Source of the DNA: Chiloscyllium plagiosum
Lineage: Eukaryota
Reading direction: 5' to 3'
Assembly: GCF_004010195.1 (NCBI RefSeq)
Contig: NC_057711.1
Location: 80,330,528-80,394,527 of the forward strand
Length of the DNA stretch: 64,000 bases
The first letter of the stretch is position 1, and the number at the start of each line of letters is the position of its first letter. Below are positions 12,333 to 25,045 of this stretch, in pieces. The notes below the pieces were generated by a model. The model saw only the letters and a program-made list of their open reading frames with translations. It was not told the origin of the DNA and did not search any database. Made by a program: the position numbers and the translations under genes.

Positions 12333-14397
12333 CTCCAGAAGAAACAACTCCTGTCTATCCAATTCCTCTTCAAAATCTGGAGATATGATAGGGAGACCAT
12401 GCACTCTGGGCTGCATATCTAACATGCACAATGAGTGGAAGGCTACTGGAGACAAAACAGTTATAATCGAGTCTGGAGATGGCTTTCACCTCAAGCCATG
12501 GCCAAAACATAATTGTATTCCCATGGTCAACATGCAACCCTGATATATTTTCAGTTCTGTGTTCAACAGGTATCTCAGTAAGTGCTACGCTCATGTTGCT
12601 GAAATCGAACATTGTTTGGAACAGACCAGAAATTGGAGCTAGTCCATTTTAAGGCCTGATAATATTGCTTCCACTGAGAGGAACAAGTAAACTTTCTCCC
12701 ATGGAGCATGGAAAATAGCATGAATTCTAAACTTGCCTGGGAAATGAAGCTGGCAGACAGAAGACTTTCAATGCACTGTCAGTTATATAAAGGGGGTGGA
12801 TTTCGTGGGAAGGCATGGGGCCTGACTCCTCTTTCAGGGCTGCTTGTGAAAATCAATCAGAGGTTCGTGCTGAATACAGTACTGTGAGGTTCTGCTCATT
12901 GATTATTCAGGAAGGTACTAAGGGACCTGTAGGGGCAGCAGGGGATGACTGCAGGAAGGAGTGAGCAACACAAGGCTGGTGCTGGAGGAGGGAAACAGGC
13001 ATTTTCAGAGGTGGAGACAAGCATGGTGACAGAAGGGAGACACTCAAGTTGTATGGGAGATTAGGAGGAAAAGTCTCAGAGGGTATGGTAGGCTGTGGGA
13101 GAGGGTTAGTGGCAGTGACCATCACTACTATCTTTGCGGGGGAGAGTATAGATGCTGGGGTTTAGGGGACAGGGAGTACAGTTGGAGAAGATGTTCATTT
13201 CAGGGGGTTTCCACATGGGGTGGTTGAATAGAATGTGGCTGTCAGATTGTGCAAGTTAAAAGGAAACACAAAGCCCTGGAGAGATACGATTTGGGGTATG
13301 GGGGTGTACATTTGTGACTAGGTCAGGCCTTGTGCTGCCACAAGCTGAATCCCCTGCCATAAATTTGCATTCTCTAAATCAAAAATATTATAAAATAATG
13401 GCTGGGACAACACCTGGGGTGGGCAGGATCAGTTTTAGTTTGATGGGCGAAAGCTGGTGTAGCGTTTGTGACAAGGTCTGCCAGCTGGACATCATAGGGT
13501 ATGAGTTCCCTGATTGGGCTATTAATCTGGTCCAATCAGGGTGCATACACTGACATAAAAAGGATGAGTGTCTGAGATACTTGATGCTGTGTAAGACAGT
13601 ACCACAGCAAAGGACTGTTATGTAAATAAAGGATGACTTGGTGTTGGGCTACCGGCCTTGTGGAGTTATTTCAGTGGCACCAAGAATAAAGCACAATCCT
13701 AAATAAGCTCATTTTCAATAGTCATACTTGAATTGGGGCATTTTCTACCTTTGTTTCGGAAGCTTGACTCATTCAACCCTGTTGCTGAGGACTGGGCACA
13801 GTATGTGGAAACAATGCATTTTTTTTTCCGGGCATTTGACACTGTGGCAGACGGAAAACATTGAATAGTTCTCCTGACAGTCTGCAGAGCTTTTTCAGTT
13901 ATTAGGAGCCTAACTTTCCCTAAGGCACTATATACTGAAACTTTTCAAAAATAGATTTACATAGTTAAGGAAAATTCTGATATGCTATTGTGTTTACTTG
14001 GCAATTCAAGAACCAAGGGAAGGCTTTGACTAGGTTAAGATGACTGGCTGATAAGAGCCCGTTTGGTATCCGTGATTAATGGTGTAATCATGCAAAACCA
14101 CCTGCGAGCTGAAGCCCAGCTGGATCACAGGCAGGTGCTACAAGCGCATTTATCATTGGAAAATGCGGCAAGTGGAGCAAGTGAGTTGCCAGGTATTCTT
14201 AAGGAAGTGGACATTTTGAGTGAAGTCAATTGCATAGCCTTACTCAGGACAGAGGGAGTCTAGGTCGGCCCATAGCAAATTCCCAAACCAGGTGGTTAAA
14301 AAGTTCTTCAAAATCCGAATCGGTGAGCCATTGTAGTTGTTGTTGGCATGTGGATCTGAGACAACACAAGTGTCATAATAATCCTAAATCGAATAAG

Positions 14398-14940
14398 TTT
14401 GTGAGAAGATTTGTAGTTCGGGTGCTCGTTGTTGTGGTTCTGTTCACCGACCTGGGAACCCAGCATGAGCAAAACCAATGTAGTGTACAAAATCCCATGC
14501 AAGAACTGCACAAAACACTACATAGGACAAACAGGAAGACAGCTAACGATCCGCATCCATGAACACCAACTAGCCACGAAACGACACGATCAGTTATCCT
14601 TAGTAGCCACACATGCAGATGACAAGCAACATGAGTTCGACTGGGACAACACTACTATTATAGGACAAGCCAAACAGAGAACAGCCAGGGAAATTCTAGA
14701 TGCATGGCACTTATCCACAGATTCAATCAATAAGCACATCGACCTGGACCCAATATACCGACCATTGCAACGGACAGCTGGAACTGACAACCGGAAGCGG
14801 CAGATTCAAACCACTATAAATGCCGGAGGAAACATCACAGAAGCACTTCACAGGAGGCTCCCAAGCACTGAGGATGTCACCTGGACAGGGGATGAAACGT
14901 CTGCAACACAAATTCCCAGCTTGGTGAACAGAACCACAAC
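14398..14940 (+). mobile_element. Penelope-like element (family 1) inserted in the Gypsy gag-protease region; GIY-YIG endonuclease fragment
   Basis: NVVYKIPCKNCTKHYIGQTGRQLTIRIHEH...REILDAW..SIN. Short inverted arm 14431-14458 versus 14913-14940, plus tail. TSD taaat(c/t)gaataag at 14385-14397 and 14941-14953. Confidence 0.95.
14865..14904 (+). ncRNA. Minimal type-I hammerhead ribozyme motif
   Basis: gca-CTGAGGA-t-gtcacct ggac aggggat-GAAA-CGTC-tgc. Core intact, with stem II closed by G-U. Confidence 0.72.
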
Positions 14941-17639
14941 TAAATTGAATAAGACAACACGTACGCCAGTATTCAGCAGTATAGCCAGGAGAGTTCATAA
15001 CCTGGAAAGTCCACCTACATCTGGTTTGATACAGTTAAATTGCTTACCAACGTCAAAATCCCTCTATTTAAATGGTCATCAGATTGTCATGAAGGCCGAT
15101 ACTGGTGCAGTCGAACCAGTGATTGCAGAACCAGCTCTTAATAATATTTGCTTTGGACTCCAGCCTTTAAGTTTGTGGAAGACCCCAGCTAAACTGAGAA
15201 CCTATACCAGGGCTCCTTTACAGATTAAGGGTACATCTTTTGTTCTGGTCTCGCATGAAAAGCAATGGGTTCAGTTACCACTGATTGTAGTAAAAGGCAG
15301 GCCCAAGTTTGTTGGGGCAACATTTGTTTGTGAGAGATTTACTTAGATTGGCTCAAAATTTTCAATTAGAAAATGGCTGCCTGAGTGAAGTCATAATTTA
15401 ATACCCGGAAGTATTCCCAGAAGGCATAGGGACCATCAAAGGAGCCTAAGTGACTTTGCATGGTGGCCATGATGCTGCAAGGCCTGTCCAGTGTCATTTG
15501 CCTTATGGGCAAAAGTAGATTCAGAAATCAGAAGGCTGGAAAGTGATGGAATCATCAAACCAGTCCAATTCACGAATGGAGAGCACTGGTCATAAGTATT
15601 TTGAAGCCCCATGGGTCAGTTTGCTTTTGTGAGGATTTAAACAAATGGTAAATCATGTTTTGCAGCTGGATAAATACCCAGTCCTACGGATAGAGGATTT
15701 ATTGCAAAGCTGGCAGGGCTCCTGACCTTCACAAAGCTGGACATGAGCCAAATGCACTTGCAATTGCGTTTAGACTAGGATTTGCAGATGTATGCTACAA
15801 TTAATATCCATAACAGCTTGTACCAATATACAAGACTGCCATTTGGGGTTGCATCAGCCTGTTCATTTTTCTCGACGACAAAGGAGAACATTTTGCAAAG
15901 CCTACCACAGGTCACCATTCACCTAGATGATGTCCTGATAACAGGGAAAACTAATAAAGGAAAACTTTGAGAATGTGGACATAGTATGAGGGCATCTTTC
16001 CAAGCCAGGTGTGTGCCCAAGATTTGAAAAATGTGTTCCAGGTACCCCCAAGTGACCTATTTGGACTACAGAGTCAACGAGACCAAGTTATACTCTTTGG
16101 AAAATAAAGTGAAGGAGATCAAAGGTGTCTTGGCTCCCACACCAGGAGCTGAGATCATTTCTGGTAAAATTATTATGGAATAATCCTAAAAAAAGTGATC
16201 TTTGGCAGTGATCTCATAGACAGGCCCCAATTTTCAATGAAATAAAGAAACAGTTGTCATCCTCTAAGGTGTTGGGACACAATGATCCCAAAAAGATCTG
16301 GTCTTCATGCACAATGCCTCCCCTTATGGCATCCGTGTATTATTAACACATAAATGGCCCAATGGATACTAATGCCCAATAGCCTATTCATCCAGGACAT
16401 TAGCTAATGCAGAGCATAAATGGGCCCAGATAGAAAAAGAAGAATTGGTGGACACATTTGGAGTCAGCAAATCTTCCACCAATACCTTTATGGATGAAAC
16501 TTTGTGATAATCTCGGAAATGGCTTTGCATGGGTAAGAGGCATGGTTGATGAGAGGTCGGGACCAGTGACCTATAAAGTTAAGGTTGGCGAAATAGTCCT
16601 GAACAAGCACATGGATCACATGAAAGCCACAAATTCTCAAATAGTGCAGCAGCAAAATGTGTCCTACTGGAAATACTGCCGGAACTTGTGGATTCACCCT
16701 GTGTGTCAAGCCTTGTTGAGTCCTTTGAATCCAAGATAGACATGACATATGTGGACACCTCAATGCCTTTGCCACTGGAAGAAGGGAGTGTAGTTCTCCC
16801 AAAGCACTTCTGGTGCAAAAGGCAAGTTCCCATGTGTTATACACGGCCCATATCAGAGCAATGTAATCTGGTGCTCAAATGCCCCAGAAGGCTCTTCAAG
16901 AAAAAGGACCGAACAATGTCTGTGGGCTCAGAGGACTGGGGATGTAATATTGGCCAGTTGGACCTCAAAGAATATCATAATCTGATCCACTCAGGGACCC
17001 CTGCCTGACAGATTAAAAGGGGAGTGTCAGACACAGTGGCACTCTGACAGCTGACTCTGAAGAGGCAGTACTAGAGTCAAGAAATGTCTCTCTCTAAATA
17101 AAGGTTGACATGGTGACGGGATACCAGTCTCTATGGCATTATTTCAGCTGGATGTGGGAATGTTGAACAGGCAAATATATGGAGTATCCATTTGAAACCC
17201 CATATTAATGTACAAAAAGTTTACAGCTCATTTGCTTCGGGTCAGATGCTGGCCAAAGGTGACTTGCAGCATGCCATTGGTGCTTGTAAAATGAACATGC
17301 TATCTCAGTAATGCCAAAGGACACAATGATGATATTAAAGATGTCAATGCTGGCCAAAAGTGAACTATTATCTGTGCAATGTCCAAAGGTGATGTGGGAG
17401 CTGCACACCATTGATTCATCATTTGTCATGTAAGTGTGATGCTGATTTGTACTGAATGAAGTGAGAGTTGAACAGTTGATGTGGATTTGGGATGGGAAAG
17501 GGTTTTAGAGACCTGTGGGCACTCCCTTCTCAATGATGTGTGGTGGTCACTCTGCCACCGTAGCACCTGCACCATGTTGGTGCCCGTGCTGAATCTGAAG
17601 CTAGTTGAAGATGTGACCCTCATTATCAGGGCGCATTAT

Positions 17640-18260
17640 GTCTCATTGTCTGGAGAATTTTGTGCAGCCCTCAGCTGTAGGGTGTGCCACCCCATTAACA
17701 TATCAAGTTAGACTACTGCCAGATGCTGGAAGAGGACCTGAAGGTTGCAGGAGTGGGAGGCTATCCTTTCTTGATGACAGTGGACTTCCATGCAAATGGC
17801 TCCTTCAGGGAGTGATGGAATCTCTCAGTCATGCAGCCACAAATGCATGACAGTGACTGTTACCATCTTTACAAGGTCAGTGCTACAGCCGAGGCACTGG
17901 AATTCAGAAAATATGGGAACTATATCACAACACGGGAATTCATCAACAGCAAGGTATAGAATTCCATTAATGTGATCTGTGATCACCGTTACCACCTCCT
18001 GGAGTTGTATGCCCATCACGCTAGCTGCAGCCATAGCTCCTACATTCTGGAGCACTCTTAAAACTGGTTACTAGGGAACAAGGGCTACCCACTGTGACCA
18101 TGGCCCATGACACAATCCCACAACCTCCTGTCTGATGCGGATTTAATGCAACCCACAACCTGACTATGACTGTAGTGGAACATGATGTAGGGGTACTTGG
18201 GTACGCCTTAATTATAGTCCAGACAGAGTGTGCTGCATCCTGTTGCCATCGAAAATGAAA
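17640..18260 (+). pseudogene. PIF/Harbinger (HARBI1-like) DDE transposase fossil
   Basis: Ordered motifs across frameshifts: VDFHANGSF, GISQSCSHKC, FINSK..NSINV.ICDH, CSHSSYILEHS, WLLGNKGYPL and FNATH...VVEHDVGVL. Confidence 0.8.
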
Positions 18261-19327
18261 AGATCAGTTCTTCTCTCCCAGACAGCCTTCTGGAGGATTA
18301 GTATCACAAAAGTGTAGTATCAGTTTTTGCCTGGTTTCTGATATTTGCATGGGTAGGTGGGGGTGATGGATAGGGACTGAATGATGTCACCAGGTTGCAG
18401 AGAAAGAAATGCTGTATGGATGTCTTTAAAATGTGGAGTTGGGAAGATCCTGTCAGGAAGCAGACCTCCCTGCCTATCCACCTACAAACTTTGGCATTTT
18501 AACCAGGTATGCACTTGCAGAGAGCTGAGATGAATTTAATTGACTGAGCAAATTCACTGACCTCTGAGCAGCGGTACCTTCTGTTTTTAGGCTCACCTCC
18601 CTCTTAATCTAAAAAAAACAATATACTATACTTTATCACTCACATTATAAATTAAGACAATTGATTACTCACTGAAAATATTATAAAGCCATTGGCAAAA
18701 CACTTGAAACAATCAGATGATGAGACTATCCAAGCAGACTGAATCTGAGTAAATAAGTGCATTGAATGATTTTTTTCCTGACCCAGAGTATTAGATTATA
18801 GGAGGGCTAATCCACCTTGTAGCATTGTATTGTTAATAACCCAAATGACTTATTGAAAATGCTAGCCCAAAGATAGACCCATGATCAAATTTGACATGAC
18901 TTAAATAATCTGACATGAATTTCCATATTAGATTTCCAATTCTAGAGCAATTTTAAGAAAGTGAGGACAGAGCTGAATAAAATACTTGATGAATAATAAG
19001 TCAAGAAAATCTGAAATGAGATATGGGAAAATTATTATTCTGCCAATTTTTCCTAATGTCCCCTGATATCATAGTGTGAATTTATAAATCCACATTCAAA
19101 ATGGAAACTTTATATTTAATTAAAAGTTAGAATTACATAGTGAAATTCAAAGGTTAAACCATCCTTAACATACAAATATTTTGATTACAAATCTTGACAA
19201 GTAAGTATGTATCACTGGAGGTAATCATGGTCATCAAATCAAGGTCATTGCTCTTGTCCTGACATTAAGTGAATCAGTTGAATTAATAGTGTGTCGATCA
19301 GGTATAATCAGATTGTATGGCTGACCT

Positions 19328-19420
19328 GTAACAACAACTTGCATCTTCGATAGCACCTTCAATGTAATAAAATATCCTAAGGCGCTTCAGAGAGACATTA
19401 TAAAATAAAATAATCACTGA
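19328..19420 (-). mobile_element. L2/DeuSINE-type 3' tail fragment
   Basis: Reverse complement gaagcgccttaggatattttattacattgaaggtgctatcgaagatgcaagttgttgtt. Confidence 0.55.
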
Positions 19421-19872
19421 ACCTGTTCTCCATCCTTTGAACACTTTGACCAGTTTGCATATTGAAAATGCTTTCCCCATGTGCTGCTGTCGGTGAGGCA
19501 GACAGACAGACAAAGAATTCAATTTGTGGTTCAACTCGACCTTATTAACAAAATATTCCTTTTCATAAATACCATGTAAGCATTTCCCAAATTCCCACAA
19601 TAATTACTCTCTATCTAGCTCTGTCCATCTGAGAAAGGATATTATCCACAATGATCCACATGTTTGAGCTGGGCTGTTGGAATCTCCTTCCTCTGAGGTG
19701 TAGGGCTGGCTCTCTCCATGAAGGTGGATCTAGAAGGTGAGAGCGGATCTTCTCCTGGGTCTTCTTGGGTTGCTGCATAGTCTTCTGCTACGAGTCTTGC
19801 TGTGAGTCTTCACTGACGGCATGGCTTTCAGGTGTGTGTTTCTATCCCCCTAGCCCCAGATCTTTCCAAACT

Positions 19873-20440
19873 GATTGATTGATTGATTGATTGCTGTCAT
19901 ATGTACCAAGATACAGTGAAAAGTGTTGTTTTGCTTGCTATACTGGCAGATCATACCATGAAAAGTGCATCAGGCTGCAGAACAAAGTGCAGAATACAGT
20001 GTTACAGCTGCAGAGAAGGTGTGAAGAGATCAGAATTAACATTTGAGATGTCCATTCAAACGTCTGATAACAACAAGTGAGAAATTGTGCTTGAATCTAT
20101 TCATATGTGTATTCAAACATTTATATCTTCTGCATGACAGAAGACAGTGGAAGACAGTATAAATGGCGTGGGAGGAGTCTTTGATTAAAGTGGGTGCTTT
20201 CCTGAGGCAGCGAAAGTATAGATGAAATCAATGAATGGAAGGCTGGCTTATGTGATGGACTGCTCTGTGTTCATAACTGTTTGCAATTTCTTGCAGTCTT
20301 GGGAAGATCAGTGGTCATGCCATGCTGTGTTGCACCCAGATAGAATGCTTTCTGTCATGCATCTACAAAAATTGGTAAGAGTCCTTGTGGGCATACTGAA
20401 TTTTCTTAGCCTCCTGAGGAAGTAAAATGTTCTGTGGCCT
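19873..20440 (-). mobile_element. Rex1/Babar LINE 3' fragment
   Basis: Minus strand FYFLRRLRKFSMPTRTLTNFCRCMTESILSGC...KKLQTV. (gatt)n tail at 19873-19893. Confidence 0.85.
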
Positions 20441-20647
20441 TTGGCCAATGCTGTCATGATCAGGATTCAAAGCATCCAATAGGATTGTGCCAACACTCTT
20501 CACTGTTGCCACACTGGGAGGTGTAAAGTGAATGTTCTTGGGCAATGGCTGCAAGTCAAGGTGCCAGAAAGTTTCATCTGTACTTCTCCAGTGCAGAACC
20601 CTCAGGCTGGATGTAACTGGCTTCCTCTGATCCTTTGTAAACTCTTT

Positions 20648-20942
20648 GATCAGTCTAGAACCAGGGGCCACAGTCTCAGGGTGTGGGGTCGAGCACTAGA
20701 ACTGAGATTAGGTTCACTCAAAGGGTAGTGAACCAAAGGAATTCTCTACCATTGAAGACTGTGGAAGCCAAGTCACTGAATATATTCAAGAAAAGTTTTT
20801 TTAGGATTTGCAAAGTATTAGGAGGTATGGAGATACATTAGGAATAGGATATTGAGCTAGAGGATCAACCATAATCACATATTTAATGGGTAGTAGACTC
20901 AAAGGGCCAAATGGCCTACTCTTGCTCCTGGTTTTTCTGTGT
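20648..20942 (+). mobile_element. CR1 3' fragment
   Basis: SRTRGHSLRV motif and aagggccaaatggcctactcttgctcct 3' UTR. Confidence 0.85.
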
Positions 20943-21691
20943 CTAGGATTGCTGGCTTTGATGCAACATCAACACAAAAAAAAGGCAATCAGATTTTTCT
21001 GACTCGGTTCTCTGTGTTTCATTGCAAAATCTTCCAAACACAAGGAGTTTCACTCAAACCATGTCATGAACCAGATGCTTTATTTAGGAGTAGAAGTTAA
21101 CTTCCATGGTGTTGGTAAATCAAAACTTTGTGGGTGCCACATTCAATTCAGTGTTAATTATTGTCATTCACATATACATAAAAGGCAATTAACAAAAAAC
21201 ATGGTAGCTGTGAGAAGCAAAACAAATGTGATGAAAGCACTGGCAAGCACTTTGATTTTGTACAAATGATAATAATTGAACGCTGTCAGGCAATGTACCA
21301 CTCACTTTTGGCCTTATGTTGACCTGTACATTATCTGACCCCAGCGTTCATTTTCTCTCATTCTTTATTGATATGTCTTGATTTAGTAACCAAGATTTGG
21401 CTGAAACTTTGGGCCAGTTGCTGCAAAATATTATCAAATTTCAGGAACCTATACTTTGGAATAAATGCTAAGCTATACTATTCCTTGAGCTATTATCATT
21501 ATTATTGAAACAATACTAGGTTACTAAAAATAACCAAGCAAAAAATGTAATTTGTCAAAAGAACATTTCTGGTTTCCTCATTGAAAACAAATGGTTAATC
21601 AAAAAAGTCAATCAAACAAACCACATGTGGTTATTTATAATTCTTTTGCCTCCAAATGTTTGCTGTGTCTGTATTTGCAGCTATTCTGGTG

Positions 21692-21815
21692 TCAGTGTAA
21701 TTTAGTTGGTAACATTGCCACCTCTGAGTCAGAAGGTTATACCACTAAGGAAGCTTGAGCACATAATCCAGCCTGACACTCCAGCATAATTCTGAGGAGT
21801 TCCTAGACTGAGGCC
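21692..21815 (+). mobile_element. DeuSINE-like (SacSINE1/AmnSINE-type) head fragment
   Basis: cctctgagtcagaaggtt...cttgagcacataatccagcctgacactccag matches the remembered DeuSINE consensus. Confidence 0.6.
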
Positions 21816-21849
21816 TAGAATATTTTCAAGCTGCATAAAATACTATCTA

Positions 21850-22280
21850 GACTTTTACTAAATTACTGTGTACAGTTCTGACCACCACATTACCAAACTG
21901 GACAGAAATTTCCAAGGCTACTTTCAATTCTGGGGAATTTTAACTATAACGCAAGATTGAATAGACTTGGTGTAGTTAATTTTGGAACAGAAGAAGTGAA
22001 GGGGAGATTTATCTGAAGATTATAAATTATGAAGTCCTTGGTAGAATGGATTGGAAGGATCTATTCTGTTGACACAGAAATCAATAACCAGATGGCATAG
22101 CAACATAAGAACTAGGAGCAGGAGTAGGCCATCTGGCCCTTCGAGCCTGCTCCATTAAACTTAAAGTAATTAGTAGAAGTAATAAATGGCTGATGGAAAG
22201 GTTTTTTGTCATCAGCAGGATAGTGGGGTCCCAAACTCACCACCTGAAAGAGAAGTACATTCAGAAACACTTGGTACATT
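21850..22280 (+). mobile_element. Old CR1 3' fragment with a short antisense CR1 tail inserted at ~22096-22156
   Basis: cagttctgaccaccacat...agaagtgaaggggagattt. Inner ggagcaggagtaggccatctggcccttcgagcctgctcc. Confidence 0.7.
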
Positions 22281-22584
22281 TAGAAACCGCACGTGCTGAA
22301 TTTTCTCATTTGCAATTAAAGTGTGTCTGGTCCATCATGGTCGTGGGCAAATGGTTACAAGTGGTCTTTTGCTTTCCACCTCATTAATTAAGTACTGTAA
22401 TTGAGGTTTTGGCTGCATTTCTCAGGGAATCACCTAGTGAATGAGGCAGAGATGCCATTATTGCCAGGATCTTAAGGTTTAAATGCTTCTGGTATCATAT
22501 GTAAAGCCCAGCTGGACAGATGCTGAAAACCAAAGTCAACCCTCACTTTGCGATGCTCCACACTACAAGTGTCACAGAGAAAAA

Positions 22585-22807
22585 GCAAGCTAGCTCCACA
22601 TTTCCACTAGTGCAGGGATCTGGAGGTGCTGGTAATTAAGGTAATTAAGGTGGAGAGAAGTCCTATTGCTTGATGATTGCAAAGGAGGCCAGCAACAGAC
22701 ACAGGCAGCATGTACAGCAATAACAGCAAGGGTCAGTGACTACATCCAAAGGACATCCACCAGTGCCACAAGAAAATCACTGATCTTCTGTGCTCCACAA
22801 GTGTAAG
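22585..22807 (+). pseudogene. Harbinger accessory Myb/SANT-like gene exon fossil
   Basis: APHF..DLEVL..., RRP...TQAAC.AI.ARVS, QCHKKITDLLCST, followed by donor gtaagt. Frameshifted. Confidence 0.55.
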
Positions 22808-24242
22808 TGCCATCATCTTCCCTCTGCTAGCTCATATATACTGCACCAGCACTCTGTCTCAGTCTACACTCAGTCTCAGACCAAGGATGATGGATCAGTA
22901 TTACATGAGTCATGCCCACTCAAGGATCACACCCACCTCATCTCTCCAAATCTTTCTGCCCTCTGTGCTCCCCATTCCTTCTGTGGAGTGACCTCACCAC
23001 GTCTCCTGCTTTTACTTTACTATTAACTACAGTGGCAACCACTTCCAACACATACAATCCCTCCCTCTGTACCATTGCAAGACAAACTGGCCCACTTCCC
23101 AGACTGATGTCTCAACAACACCCTGACTTCCCTACATGTAATCCACAGACTGCTTACACTTGACCTGACAGTGGCAAACTGGTTGTAATATAATCAGATA
23201 AGTCCCTTGACTGACTATGGGGGTATCTCCTGACTGACAATTATATCCCTTCATGGGATGTCATCTGCTTGCCAAATAGCTGCCAGCACATGCGACAGCT
23301 CTGACATTTCTCAGACCTTACAGTGAGATACTTACACCCTGTCTGACTGATAGATTGACTGCTCTTGTAACCATGGTGATAATATGGCTGCTGTCCAATG
23401 AAACTTTTGATCAAGAGGGGCCTGTCTTTTTGAATGTAAACTTATTGAGTGCAGGTTAACTCATTTCTAGTTTTTCTGGGGTCTGACAATTGCATTGAAG
23501 CCAAAAGGTTTTGGATTTATTTTAGCAAAAAAAAGTCACTGCAGTATAATATTGCTTACGCTGTGTGTTCTTATGATTCTGCATACTTCAAAAACACCAG
23601 GAGAAAGGATTTCCCTTTCACCTCCAGATATTTGGCTGCATAGACAAATTTGATTCACATTCTATTGGAAACTGCACTGTTACAAATCAAAAAGAGATTT
23701 CGAAACATTCTGCCAATTCCATTTGTCAATAACATACTATTGTGAGAAAGACCACGATGAAAAGCTATTATACAGTAACATTCTAGAATAACCTTTTGCT
23801 TTTTGTAGTAAAGGGTTCACATAAATTACATCCTCTCCATCAACTTGGTGGTAATTCTTTAACCTTGACTTTAATGTCTCCAATGAACTTTGATTACTCA
23901 TCTCTTTCTCTTTGTACTTGTCCCGTGTTGTATAGCAGTAGTTGCCATTTGTTTCCACACACTTTTGCTTTTTCATTATAAATCCATTTCTCTAGGTTTT
24001 GTTTCAAATAACATCTTACAGCTTCTTTGGAAGTTCTATTTGGTTTGAATTACTTTCTGAAAAATGTAATCACACTCTATTTTGCTCAGGACCCCAGAAA
24101 TAATTTCCTCAGTAAATGTGGGAAAATGGTCATAAGATCTGTTTTTCAGACTATTCCGTTTCTGACAAACATAAATCTATAAATTTAAAAATGTTACATT
24201 TAGTGTGCTGCTACAGTGGGGCGAGGTATATCAAACTTACAA

Positions 24243-24820
24243 ATGTCATATAGGGCACTGGTTAGGCCACTGTTGGAATATTGCATGCAATTCTGGTCTC
24301 CTTCCTATCGGAAAGATATTGTGAAACTTGAAAAGGTTCAGAAAAGATTTACAAGGATGTTGCCAGGGTTGGAGGATTTGAGCTATAGGGAGAGGTTGAA
24401 TAGGCTAGGGCTGTTTTCCCTGGAGCGTCGGAGGCTGAGGAGTAACCTTATAGAGGTTTATAAAATCATGAGGGGCATGGATAGAATAAATAGACAAAGT
24501 CTTTTCCCTGAGGTAGGGGAGTCCAGAACTAGAGGGCATAGGCTTAGAGTGAGAGGGGCAAGATATAAAAGAGACCTAAGAGGCAACTTTTTCACTCAGA
24601 GGGTGGTACGTGTATGGAATGAGCTGCCAGAGGAAGTGGTAGAGGCTAGTACAAGTGCAACATTTAAAAGGCATCTGGATGGGCATATGAATAGGAAGGG
24701 TTTGAAGGGATATGGGCCAGGTGCTGGCAGGTGGGACTAGATTGGGTTGGGATATCTGGTCGGCATGGACGGGTTGGACCGAAGGGTCTGTTTCCATGCT
24801 GTACATCTCTATGACTCTAT
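24243..24820 (+). mobile_element. Young CR1/HER1-type LINE 3' portion
   Basis: Open ORF YRALVRPLLEYCMQFWSP...NFFTQRVVRVWNELPEEVVEA. ctatgactcta tail. Confidence 0.95.
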
Positions 24821-24910
24821 ATCTTAAAGTGCAACATGTGCAAAGTACCTTGGCATGCTTACATCTGCATTTGGCAGCATTTGTGAAAGTAAGGGTTCAA
24901 TTTTGTCTGA

Positions 24911-25045
24911 AGTTCTGAAGAAGAACTGGATTTGAAACATTAACTCTGTTTCTCTCTCCACAGATACTGCCAGACATGTTGAATTTCTCCAGCATTGTCT
25001 GCATGGTTCAGATTTTTTAACATCCACAGTATTTTGCTTTTGTTA
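24911..25045 (+). mobile_element. Penelope-like terminus (family 4) with decayed hammerhead motif
   Basis: agtt-CTGAAGA-...-GAAA-CATT-aact (stem I agtt/aact), followed by the family terminus ctctccacagatactgccagac...ttctccagc. Confidence 0.6.

Larger units (their letters stand above)
10645..12375 (-). mobile_element. CR1 3' fragment split by two later insertions (pieces 10645-10862, ~11953-12128, ~12333-12375)
   Basis: tagagtcatagag tail. The pieces are collinear CR1 3' sequence on either side of the nested elements. Confidence 0.75.
13458..17146 (+). mobile_element. Decayed Gypsy/Ty3 LTR retrotransposon: 5' LTR 13458-13673, 3' LTR 16943-17146
   Basis: TG...CA LTRs sharing the aataaagg..gac.tggtg...ttatttca end. 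TSD gctgg at 13453-13457 and 17147-17151. PBS-like gtggcac at 13674 and a purine tract before 16943. Protease ADTGA (~15095), RT YQYTRLPFGV..HLDDVLITG (15782-15970), RNase H IAYSSRTLANAEHKWAQIEKE (~16380). Confidence 0.92.

Noticed and set aside
12163..12333. Hairpins interpreted as pre-miRNAs or MITEs
   Set aside because: The asymmetric tails, long variable TSDs, variable centres, hammerhead cores and GIY-YIG linkage in family 1 point to Penelope-type retroelements.
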